Shown: positions 50,027 to 58,754 of the stretch, one piece after another
Layout: each line of letters opens with the position of its first letter
Numbering within the stretch: the stretch's first letter is position 1
Assembly: GCA_025061115.1 (NCBI GenBank)
Contig: JANZKC010000002.1
Location: 288,001-352,000 of the forward strand
Source: Candidatus Culexmicrobium cathedralense
GTDB taxonomy: Archaea; Thermoproteota; Methanomethylicia; Culexarchaeales; Culexmicrobiaceae
Direction: 5' to 3'
DNA: 64,000 nt
The notes under the pieces: generated by a model
Seen by the model: the letters and a program-made list of their open reading frames with translations, nothing else
What the model was told of the DNA's origin: nothing
Databases searched by the model: none
Program-made: the position numbers and the translations under genes

Positions 50027-51109
50027 ATGAAGATACTTTTATGGGATGAAAAAGCAGGCTTAATGAAGCTGCGTGTTGAAAATCAAGATGATCTATGGGC
50101 ACTCTACAATATAATAGAGGAAGGAGACATAGTTTACGCCAAAACTACAAGAGAGCTAAAGGTTGGAAACAGCAGCATGAGAAAGCCCATGATCCTGGGA
50201 ATTAAGGTGAAGAAACTCGAGTTCCAGCCATTTACGGAGAGACTGAGAGTAAGAGGAGTGATAATCCATGAGCCAGAAAAATACAAGGAAAGAGGACTAA
50301 GAGGAAGCCACCACACAATAAACTTAGACATCGGTGGAGAAATAGCCATCATCAAAGAAAAGTGGCCGAAGCACGCTATCGATAGAATTAGGGAAGCATG
50401 CAGAAAAACAAAGCTTGGAGTAGTAATCCTATCCATAGATGACGAGGAAGCAGCAATAGCCATAATCAGAGACTACGGCGTAGAAATAATCTCAGAAATA
50501 GCTCTAAGACTCCCGGGAAAAATGGAGGCAGACAAGAGATACTTAGCATTAAGGGAAAAAATTAAGGAAGTCACGAAGGCAGTTAAGAGCACAATAAAGA
50601 ATACGTCATCCACAATATTAATAGTAGCAGGCCCCAGCTACATGCGAGAAAAAGTTGCAGCTGCTCTAGAGAAGGAGTACTCAGGAAAATCAGACAAACC
50701 AAAAATATATCAAGAAAACACCTCAAATGGAGGAGTTAGAGGAATCTACGAAGCAATACGTAGAGGATCAATAACTAAAGCCGTCAGCGAGCATGGAATA
50801 ATTGAAGAAACAAAACTAATGGCCCAATTCCTGAAGTTACTCTCAAAAAACGAAAACATGGTGACTTATGGACTAAATGAAGTTAAAGACGCAGCCAAAG
50901 CAGGAGCCATAAAAGCGCTCCTAGTTCTCGATGAAATGCTACACTCATATGGAGAAGTTAGAGAGAAAATTGAAGAAATAATAAAGGATGTCGAACGGAA
51001 AGGCGGAAAAATAAAGATTTTTAGCTCAATACATGAAGCAGGACGCCAACTAAAGTCCTTGGGAGGAGTAGCCGCAATATTAAGATTTAAAGTAAGAAAT
51101 AAACAGTAA
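50027..51109 (+). CDS. pelA: Pelota mRNA surveillance protein
   Basis: DDLWALYN, TTRE, RLRVRG, GSHHT, TYG, LKSLGGVAAILRF. Confidence 0.95.
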   Translation: MKILLWDEKAGLMKLRVENQDDLWALYNIIEEGDIVYAKTTRELKVGNSSMRKPMILGIKVKKLEFQPFTERLRVRGVIIHEPEKYKERGLRGSHHTINLDIGGEIAIIKEKWPKHAIDRIREACRKTKLGVVILSIDDEEAAIAIIRDYGVEIISEIALRLPGKMEADKRYLALREKIKEVTKAVKSTIKNTSSTILIVAGPSYMREKVAAALEKEYSGKSDKPKIYQENTSNGGVRGIYEAIRRGSITKAVSEHGIIEETKLMAQFLKLLSKNENMVTYGLNEVKDAAKAGAIKALLVLDEMLHSYGEVREKIEEIIKDVERKGGKIKIFSSIHEAGRQLKSLGGVAAILRFKVRNKQ

Positions 51110-51124
51110 TAAGCCCAACAATTA

Positions 51125-51186
51125 ATTGGCAATGATGTAGCGTGTAAGGGCTGAAACTTGATGAGCCAGCTGAGCGCTGAGCCAAT
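51125..51186 (+). ncRNA. Box C/D 2'-O-methylation guide sRNA
   Basis: Terminal stem ATTGGC/GCCAAT; C ATGATGT 51132-38; 12-nt guide; D' CTGA 51151-54; C' TTGATGA 51158-64; 12-nt guide; D CTGA 51177-80. Confidence 0.88.
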
Positions 51187-51470
51187 CACCCAATCTAAAG
51201 CCCAGGCTTACCCCTAGAAAATCTAAATTCACCGGGGATAACCTCGACTCACGCACCAACCCTCCATAAGGAAGCCGTCAACCTCTGCAACGCTTGAAAT
51301 AAGCTTATGCAATGCTTAAAATTATATAATAGGATAAGTTACTCAACGTAATTTCCATAATTTCTCTTTTTAAAATTTATGTCAAGCATCTTTTTTGAAA
51401 AAAATTCACTTAAAAATATAAACTACAAAAACGTTAATTTAAAATGATGATGAAGAAATTCCAAAAATAG

Positions 51471-52616
51471 GTGGTTAGAGTGGAATGGAGAGAATGCCCA
51501 TCATATAGGAAGTATGTCAAGGCAATAGACGAAAACTGCGCCAAGATAATCAGTGCACTAAATAAAATCAAGTCCAGAAATCTATCTCTCATAGCTAGAG
51601 AGACAGGCATGCCTCCAGCCTTAGTTCACTACTACTACGATAAGCTTGCAAGAAGAGGAATAATCAAGTTAAAGGCGATTTTCAACTTCAATAAGCTTGG
51701 ACTAACACCAGTATTGCTAATGGCAAAAGTACCTCACAACCTAGCTGACAAAGCATGTGAAAAGCTAAAGGTAAACGACTATTGGAGAACATTAATAAAA
51801 AGCTATACGTCGGAAGACGTCTACTGCTACGGCATGTACACAATACCGCAGGGAATGGAAAGGAAATTTGAAGAATTCGCAGAGCAGCTCAAGCGTTACA
51901 AGCTAATCGAAAGCGTTAAACTATACTGGAATCCTGAAAGAATTTGCCCTAACTCCAACTTCCAATGGTTTAACTCTAAAGCAAAGAAATGGGAATTCCA
52001 TTGGAAGGCATGGATCGAGGAAGTATCAAAACTTCTTGAAGAGAAGAGAAAGTACCAAGTTGAAAGAGAGGAGGAAAAGGAAGTTCTAGTACCCCTTGAC
52101 GACACAGACATATTCATAATTAGAAAGTTAGAGGAAGACGCGGAAATAACATTTAAAGAGCTAGCTGCAATTCTTGAAGTCACACCTCCAACAATAAGGT
52201 ACCACTACTATAAGCACATCGTAAATTACGGCGTGCTCATTGGCTACGAGCCAGAGCTATATCCATATCCAAAGCAGTTTTCAAGGCGCGTAATTGTTAA
52301 CTTGAAATTCTCAAATACCAAGACATTGTGGGTGTTTCTAAAGTCACTTGAAAATAAGCCATTCACCCAGCAGCTATTCCTCCATAGAAAAGACTTAACG
52401 GCAATAATGAAAGCATACTTAATGCTAGATCAAGTCATAGGGTTTGCAAAGGCCCTATCGGAACTTACAGGCATGGGCGTTATTGCCAAATACACGTATT
52501 CAATCGTCGATCCGAGCGAATACTGGACCAACCTACTTCCAGTGCAATTATACGTTAAGGGAAAGTGGAAATATCAGCATGAGGAGTATATGAGTAAAGT
52601 AGCTAAAGTCGAATAA
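51471..52616 (+). CDS. Lrp/AsnC-like regulator with duplicated wHTH modules
   Basis: RNLSLIARETGMPPALVHYYY and LDDTDIFII..LEEDAEITFKELAAILEVTPPTIRYHY. Confidence 0.78.
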   Translation: MVRVEWRECPSYRKYVKAIDENCAKIISALNKIKSRNLSLIARETGMPPALVHYYYDKLARRGIIKLKAIFNFNKLGLTPVLLMAKVPHNLADKACEKLKVNDYWRTLIKSYTSEDVYCYGMYTIPQGMERKFEEFAEQLKRYKLIESVKLYWNPERICPNSNFQWFNSKAKKWEFHWKAWIEEVSKLLEEKRKYQVEREEEKEVLVPLDDTDIFIIRKLEEDAEITFKELAAILEVTPPTIRYHYYKHIVNYGVLIGYEPELYPYPKQFSRRVIVNLKFSNTKTLWVFLKSLENKPFTQQLFLHRKDLTAIMKAYLMLDQVIGFAKALSELTGMGVIAKYTYSIVDPSEYWTNLLPVQLYVKGKWKYQHEEYMSKVAKVE

Positions 52617-52617
52617 T

Positions 52618-53265
52618 ATGAACAATAAAGCACATACTTTTTTTAAGATAAAAATCTATGAATGGTGGAAAAGCAATAAGAGAGAATTTCCATGGAGAAA
52701 ACGTCAAAGCGCTTGGAAAATCTTGATCACATCAATTCTACTTAGAAAGACAAATGCAGAGAAGGTAGCTAAGTACTACGATGAAATTCTTGGCAAATTA
52801 GGGACTCCAATCAACACCTATAACTTAAAATTAAGCGAAATAGAAGAGCTGCTGAAACCTCTTGGGCTGCATAGAAGCAGGGCAAAGCAATTGAAGAAGG
52901 CAGCTGAAATTATCCTCAAAAAGTACGGCGGAAAAATGCCGACAAGCTTCAATGAACTACTAAAAATCCCCGGAGTAGGGAAGTACGCTGCATCTGCAAT
53001 TCTAAGCATTGCATATGGCAAAAACATTCCAGTAGTGGACATTAATGTCGAGCGCGTAATTTCAAGATTTTTCGGCGTACAAAAACCGACGTATGAAGAA
53101 GCATCAAAGATAATTATGGAAATAGCTGGTGAAGATGAAGCTCCAAAGCTTAGCCTAGCCATAATCGACTTTGCGGCTAAAGTATGCAGAGCCCGAAATC
53201 CAACCTGCAGAAGCTGTCCATTAAATTCAAAATGCAAATTCAATCCGCAAAACCAAAAATTTTAA
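52618..53265 (+). CDS. HhH-GPD DNA glycosylase, Mig/MutY-like, with [4Fe-4S] motif
   Basis: REFPWR, ILLRKT, IPGVGKY, VVDINVER, C-x6-C-x2-C-x5-C. Confidence 0.88.
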   Translation: MNNKAHTFFKIKIYEWWKSNKREFPWRKRQSAWKILITSILLRKTNAEKVAKYYDEILGKLGTPINTYNLKLSEIEELLKPLGLHRSRAKQLKKAAEIILKKYGGKMPTSFNELLKIPGVGKYAASAILSIAYGKNIPVVDINVERVISRFFGVQKPTYEEASKIIMEIAGEDEAPKLSLAIIDFAAKVCRARNPTCRSCPLNSKCKFNPQNQKF

Positions 53266-53305
53266 GGGTTGAAAAATTTCACTCTCGGTAGAGGAGGCAC
53301 AAGTA

Positions 53306-53476
53306 ATGAGCATTAGAAAAGCTCTTGAAGAGGAAGAAGAAGAGTGGTGGGAAGAGCTGGAGGAGGAAGAAGAGGAGGAAGAGGAAGAATGGCTTGAAGA
53401 AGACTGGGAAGAGTACGAGGAGTGGCCTGAAGAGGAGTGGGAGGAAGACTGGGAAGAAGAGGAAGAGGAGTGGTAA
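53306..53476 (+). CDS. 56-aa Glu/Trp-rich acidic microprotein (not in ORF track)
   Basis: GGAGG SD at 53293-97, ATG 53306, TAA TAG double stop, mixed GAA/GAG codons. Confidence 0.8.
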   Translation: MSIRKALEEEEEEWWEELEEEEEEEEEEWLEEDWEEYEEWPEEEWEEDWEEEEEEW

Positions 53477-53622
53477 TAGGCAGTAAGTAGAGCCCAATGC
53501 CTAAATGCCTACTAATAACTAAGCTATTTATCTAAATAAATTTTTAAATAAATAGTAATTGCTTAATTGCTGAAACACTTAGCTAAAGCATCACTTCTGC
53601 CAACATAAATTAAGTAAGTTAG

Positions 53623-55836
53623 CTATCTAGGCAGAAAGTCCTCTGGACGCGGAATTTCTGGAGGCAATCCCTTTCTCCGCCTAATTTGGCGAATTATTTC
53701 CATGGCTAATTGCGCTGGCACTGGAGCCCATCTTGAAAACTCAGTGCTCCAGAAGCATCTTCCCTGAGTCGCACTTCTAATTTGATCCGCCAGGTCAAAG
53801 GTCTCGGAAACCGGTATTTCCCCTTTAACAAGCATTAGCATTCCATGTTGCTCAATTTGATGTACCCTGCCCCTCTTAGAAGATAACACTCGGAGAAATC
53901 CGCTGAGAAATTCTTGAGGCACCTTAGCTTCTATCTTCAGCAATGGCTCCAACAATATTGGGTTAGCCATTAAGAAGGCAGCGAAAATTGCATCCTTCGT
54001 AGCAGGCATTATCTGAGCGGGACCTCTATGAGCAGGATCCTCGTGAACCATAGCATCAACAAGCTTGACCTTAACTCCCCTTATAGGCTCTTGGCAAAGT
54101 GGCCCTGCCTCCATAGCCCACCTAAATCCAGCAATTATGGTGTCCTTAATATCCCTCAAGTACTGAACACCTTTAGTCACATCTATGAGGATATTTAAGT
54201 GCTGATCAATAGCCCAAATGCCTCGAGCCTCCTCAGCACTCCATCCAGCCTCAGATCTGAGAAGCTTAGCTCTTGTTCGCCAATCTTGATCTTCATAAAC
54301 TCGCCCATCTGAAAGAAGCTTCAAAGTCTTTTCATCAAGAGGTTCAATTGAAATGTAAATGCGATTATGCTTGTTCGGCGATTTACCCTCAACAGGTCCA
54401 GCCACGCCCTTAATGCTCTCCCTATAAACGACTATAGGCGGAGAAGTTTCTATTGGTATCCCACCAGTTCTCTGCTGCAAATCCCACAATGCAATTTCAA
54501 GGTGCAGCGTACCCATACCGCTAATTAAGTACTCGCCTGTCTCCTCATTAATTTTAACTTGAAGCGTGGGATCCTCGATTGCCATTTTACGAAGAGTCTC
54601 AACCAGCTTTGGCAGGTCGCTACTTCTTTTAGGCTCAATTGCAATCGTAACTACAGGCTCGCTAATATATTTCAATCTCTCAAATGGAACCATTACATCT
54701 TTAAACTTGACATCTACGATTGTCTCTCCAGCTCTCGCCCTGTCAAGCCCCAGCAAAGCCACTATATTTCCAGCGCTAATTTCATTTGCAATTTCACGGT
54801 AAGGCCCCATATAGAGCCCTACTTGCTGAACTCTACCAGGGCTTCGAGCCATTAATAGGTAAACTTCATCTCCATTATGGACCGTGCCGCTGAAGACTCT
54901 ACCTGTAGCAACTAATCCAGCATGAGGATCAATCACTATCTTGCTAATACAAACTACTAGAGGCCCATTAGGATCGCACTCAAGCATGGCTTTTCCAATC
55001 TCACTATCAAGATCACCAGGCCAAAGCTTCGGTATCCTATATCTTTGAGCCTCACGCGGATTCGGAATATGCTCAACTACCATGTTTAGTATAGCCTCAT
55101 AAAGTGGAAACTCTTTTGCCAGCTCCTCGACTCCTTCAGGCCCACGACTATAAGCGTCAACTATATCGCTAAACTTCAAGCCTTCACGCTGAACAATAGG
55201 TATAGTTACGCCCCACTTATGCAGTGCTGAACCAAAAGCCACTTGACCCTTAGCAGGATTTATCTTCCACTTATTCTTAAACTCAGGCTCGGCATACATG
55301 TCTATTAGTGCATTAAAGTCTCTGATGATCTCCATAAGCCTCTGCTGAACCTCAGCTGGAGATAGGCGAAGCTCCTTAATCAACCTATCAATCTTATTTA
55401 TATACAGTAGAGGGCGAACTCGCTCCTCAAGACCCTGCCTAACCACAGTTTCAGTCTGCGTCATCACTCCTTCAACAGCATCCACAACAACTATCGCTCC
55501 ATCCATGACTCTTAATGAGCGAGTAACATGGCCAGTAAAGTCAACGTGGCCAGGAGTATCTACAAGGTTTATCACGTAAGGCTTACCATTCCACTCGTGG
55601 TAGAGCGAAACGTTAGCCGCTTTAACAGTCATCTGCCTCATCTGCTCGATAGGAACGTAGTCAAGGGCAAGCGCTTTTCCAGCAACCTTAGGTGAAATCA
55701 TCCCTGCAGCCATCAGTAGGGAATCAGACAAAGTTGTCTTGCCGTGATCTACGTGAGCAAGAGTACCTATATTACGTACTTGCTCAATATTACTCATCAA
55801 CTTCAGCACGTGCTCAGTAGTCTTGAACTTAACCAT
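53623..55836 (-). CDS. fusA: Translation elongation factor 2 (aEF-2)
   Basis: AHVDHGKT, DTPGHVDF, NKID, SPNKHN, diphthamide loop HEDPAHRGPAQ. Confidence 0.97.
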   Translation of the reverse strand: MVKFKTTEHVLKLMSNIEQVRNIGTLAHVDHGKTTLSDSLLMAAGMISPKVAGKALALDYVPIEQMRQMTVKAANVSLYHEWNGKPYVINLVDTPGHVDFTGHVTRSLRVMDGAIVVVDAVEGVMTQTETVVRQGLEERVRPLLYINKIDRLIKELRLSPAEVQQRLMEIIRDFNALIDMYAEPEFKNKWKINPAKGQVAFGSALHKWGVTIPIVQREGLKFSDIVDAYSRGPEGVEELAKEFPLYEAILNMVVEHIPNPREAQRYRIPKLWPGDLDSEIGKAMLECDPNGPLVVCISKIVIDPHAGLVATGRVFSGTVHNGDEVYLLMARSPGRVQQVGLYMGPYREIANEISAGNIVALLGLDRARAGETIVDVKFKDVMVPFERLKYISEPVVTIAIEPKRSSDLPKLVETLRKMAIEDPTLQVKINEETGEYLISGMGTLHLEIALWDLQQRTGGIPIETSPPIVVYRESIKGVAGPVEGKSPNKHNRIYISIEPLDEKTLKLLSDGRVYEDQDWRTRAKLLRSEAGWSAEEARGIWAIDQHLNILIDVTKGVQYLRDIKDTIIAGFRWAMEAGPLCQEPIRGVKVKLVDAMVHEDPAHRGPAQIMPATKDAIFAAFLMANPILLEPLLKIEAKVPQEFLSGFLRVLSSKRGRVHQIEQHGMLMLVKGEIPVSETFDLADQIRSATQGRCFWSTEFSRWAPVPAQLAMEIIRQIRRRKGLPPEIPRPEDFLPR

Positions 55837-56042
55837 CCTTGTACACCTCTACTCCAAAATTAAGGCTGGATTGATAATATGAAGAGTATTTCTTAAACTT
55901 TGCGAATACAAAGGCCATTGGAGCCGCTCAGAAGCTAAGCTCCATAACCCATAAACTCAAAGCGCAGCATCCTACTAAGCTTAACCACACCAAAGTCGCA
56001 ATGCTTATTGAACTCCGAAACCCTAATTTCAAGGGGATTGAC

Positions 56043-56591
56043 GTGGCTAAGCTCACATATCCTCCTGAAAGTTACGTCAAATTCAGCCCTCCAAGCCCAG
56101 TTGTTCTCGTAACTTGCATATCCAAGGAAGGAAAGCCAAACATCATAACAATAGGAATGTACATGCCAATATCATTTAGACCTCCTCTCCTAATAATTGG
56201 AGTATCACCAAAACGCTACTCACACAAGCTGATAAGAGAAACAGGAGAATTTGCCATAAACGTCCCGCCAAAAAACCTAGTAAAGCAAGCCATTTACTGC
56301 GGCACTCACTCCGGATTAAAGGTAGACAAGTTTAAAGAAACAGGCTTAACGCCGATACCAGCTAGAGTAGTTAAGCCACCCCTCATAAAGGAGTGCTTAG
56401 CACACTTCGAATGCAAGTTATATGCAGCCCATGAAGCCGGAGACCACACAATATTCGTAGGAGAAGTAGTTTCAGTTACATTAGAAGAGAATTTAGAGAG
56501 GGAAGGACTTCTAAACGTCTTGAAAGCAGAACCAATTTCACATAGAGGAAAGTACTACTACATTCCAAAACTCCACTACAAGGCAGAATAG
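56043..56591 (+). CDS. Flavin reductase-like FMN-binding protein
   Basis: VVLVT, PNIIT, GEFAIN, SG..VDKF, PPLIKEC, GDHTIFVGEV. Confidence 0.9.
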   Translation: MAKLTYPPESYVKFSPPSPVVLVTCISKEGKPNIITIGMYMPISFRPPLLIIGVSPKRYSHKLIRETGEFAINVPPKNLVKQAIYCGTHSGLKVDKFKETGLTPIPARVVKPPLIKECLAHFECKLYAAHEAGDHTIFVGEVVSVTLEENLEREGLLNVLKAEPISHRGKYYYIPKLHYKAE

Positions 56592-56643
56592 CAAAATCCA
56601 AATAGGATTAAAGCTTCCCTGCAAATCCACATAAAAATAAGGT

Positions 56644-57018
56644 TTACTGGCTTAAAGAACTTCGAGTAAACAGTTCAATACTACTTTTCTCCAGAAGCGA
56701 CTTTATCGTCTTAGCTAAAAGTTCTGCTTGAACTCGAGATAATCCAGGCATTCTAGTATCTTTAACGCCAAATGGCGTTCTCTCCCTAAGAATTAAATCA
56801 CCCTCATTAGTTAGCCTAACATCCAAAATTTCGTCCAAGAAGAAGTCCCTAGGAAAAGCCATTGCAAGAATCCACCTCAAAGTCTTATAAAATCTACTCC
56901 CCTCAAAAAGCTGCTCCAAAAAAGCTCTCGCGCCACGCTTCAAGTCTACTTCCAACTTTTCATCAGTCAAAATTATAGTAAAATCCTTAGTCTCAAAAAT
57001 CATCTTCAACAAAACCAC
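56644..57018 (-). CDS. Hypothetical protein
   Basis: 124-aa ORF with host - strand codon style and AGGTGG SD. Confidence 0.55.
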   Translation of the reverse strand: MVLLKMIFETKDFTIILTDEKLEVDLKRGARAFLEQLFEGSRFYKTLRWILAMAFPRDFFLDEILDVRLTNEGDLILRERTPFGVKDTRMPGLSRVQAELLAKTIKSLLEKSSIELFTRSSLSQ

Positions 57019-57151
57019 CTAATAATAATATTTAAGTGAACTTTAAATAAAATGCGCGCTTAAGCTTTAATACAAGCTTAAACACACTTAAATGCAGATA
57101 GCATTCGCAACAGCTAAATCTAGCCTTGGACTGAAAGATGCGGGGGAGAGC

Positions 57152-57253
57152 ATGTCGAAACCTGAAGAAAAGTGGCTGGACATCGAAATTGAAGAGGAAG
57201 AATGGACAGAAGACGAAGAATGGGAAGAAGCAGAAGAAGAGGCAGAAGAGTAA
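57152..57253 (+). CDS. 33-aa Glu/Trp-rich acidic microprotein (not in ORF track)
   Basis: GGGGGAG SD, ATG 57152, MSKPEEKWLDIEIEEEEWTEDEEWEEAEEEAEE*. Confidence 0.65.
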   Translation: MSKPEEKWLDIEIEEEEWTEDEEWEEAEEEAEE

Positions 57254-57342
57254 ATGCAGTTAAACGCCCAAAAACAACTAAAAACAAAGCAAAGCAGCAG
57301 TTAATTAGCTAGTAAATCATATTCAAATGAATAGTGACCTAA

Positions 57343-58623
57343 ATGTACGACGCAATCGTAGTTGGAGCCGGAATCATAGGGCTCTCAACAGCATACCACA
57401 TAAAAAAGAAGAACCCAAATCAAAAAGTTCTTGTAATTGAAAAGGAAAGCGCACCTGGTTTTGGCGCCACAGGCAAGTGCGCTGGCTGCTTTCAAGGATT
57501 CTTCACATCAAGCACAAGCACAAAGCTAGCCGGATCTTCAATAAGATTTTATTGGACGCTTCAAAGCCGCTTTGGCTATAACTTAAAAATGCGCTGGCTA
57601 GGATTCCTCTGGCTACTAAATGAAGAGCAGTTCAAACAAGTTAAAGGAGCTTTAAGCAACATGCGAGGAGCTGAGGGAGAATACGAGCTCATAGACGCAA
57701 ATAAATTGGCTAAGCAGCTAAAAGTAAGAATCAAAGTTTCAACCGCGCAAGACGCTGCAATCATAGGCTTGCAGGACATCTATGTTGGACTTCTCGCCAA
57801 ATACGCAGGCACACTAGATGTAGATGCTCTCTTAAAGTTCTATGAAAGGGAATTCATCAAGCTTGGAGGAGAAGTCAAGTACGATTGCAAAGTCGACAGC
57901 ATAGTCATTGAGCCGCGCAATCCCCTGAACATAAATGGCGAACCACTATATTGGCAGGAAAAGGAAGTTACAGGCGTAAAAGTGGGCGCAAAAACTTTAC
58001 GCGCCAAAAAGACCATAATCGCTGCAGGCGGCTGGATGCAGCAGCTACTAGATGAAATAGGCGTTGATGCGCTCATCAGGCCGCTGAAAAAGAGCATATT
58101 CGTAATTAAAGCTAACAATGAGGAGCTGAAGAAAGTTCTCCACGCAAAAGGATTTAATAATGAAGGCTACATGCCATTCACAATAATTCCCCACCCGGAA
58201 GTTTACATTAAACCTGAAGTAGATGAAGAGTCGTTCTGGATAGGCCACGGACTAACATTTGGAATGCCATTCAAAATTGAGGAAGAGTATTTACCCGACA
58301 TGAAGCTTTATGAAAGAGGCATCTATCCAATACTGACAAGCTATTTCCCCCAATTCAAAGACGCTAGACCCATTAATGCGTGGTCATCAATATATGAAGT
58401 CACTACAGTGGATAGGCAGCCAATAATATTCGAAGAAAACAACCTAATTGCCGTAGGAGGAGGAAGCGGCTACGGCTTAATGAAGGCAGATGCGATAGGG
58501 AGGATAGCTGCAGCAGTATACTACGAAGAAGAATGGGCTCAACTCTTCGGAAATGTAAAGTTCAAGTGCGCAGACTTAAGCATCAAATGCAGAAAAGTGG
58601 AGCCTGAGCTCTTCACACTATAA
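57343..58623 (+). CDS. FAD-dependent oxidoreductase (DAO / proline dehydrogenase beta-like)
   Basis: IVVGAGIIG, GATGKCAG, AAGGW, DRQP, GGSGYGLMKAD. Confidence 0.88.
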   Translation: MYDAIVVGAGIIGLSTAYHIKKKNPNQKVLVIEKESAPGFGATGKCAGCFQGFFTSSTSTKLAGSSIRFYWTLQSRFGYNLKMRWLGFLWLLNEEQFKQVKGALSNMRGAEGEYELIDANKLAKQLKVRIKVSTAQDAAIIGLQDIYVGLLAKYAGTLDVDALLKFYEREFIKLGGEVKYDCKVDSIVIEPRNPLNINGEPLYWQEKEVTGVKVGAKTLRAKKTIIAAGGWMQQLLDEIGVDALIRPLKKSIFVIKANNEELKKVLHAKGFNNEGYMPFTIIPHPEVYIKPEVDEESFWIGHGLTFGMPFKIEEEYLPDMKLYERGIYPILTSYFPQFKDARPINAWSSIYEVTTVDRQPIIFEENNLIAVGGGSGYGLMKADAIGRIAAAVYYEEEWAQLFGNVKFKCADLSIKCRKVEPELFTL

Positions 58624-58754
58624 TTGCCATTCAACCAGGTAAAGACAGTGGACTTCAACAAATAAACGAATTGGAACCGAAAAGAACGCTAAAAACTTAA
58701 CTATCAAAGCAAAGTCATAATTAGATTGGAGATCTACTTTTAGTGGTGCCCTAA

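Noticed and set aside
53327-53473. GAA/GAG purine tract as a microsatellite or CRISPR-like repeat
   Set aside because: No fixed repeat/spacer period; variation is synonymous and frame-preserving, so it is coding.
53279-53497. 72-aa Phe/Leu-rich - strand ORF resembling a membrane peptide
   Set aside because: It is the antisense shadow of the Glu/Trp microprotein, which has the SD and double stop.
53623-55836. Diphthamide-less EF-2 paralog (aEF-2p)
   Set aside because: The HRG diphthamide motif is intact, and a stand-alone fusA is normal in TACK archaea.
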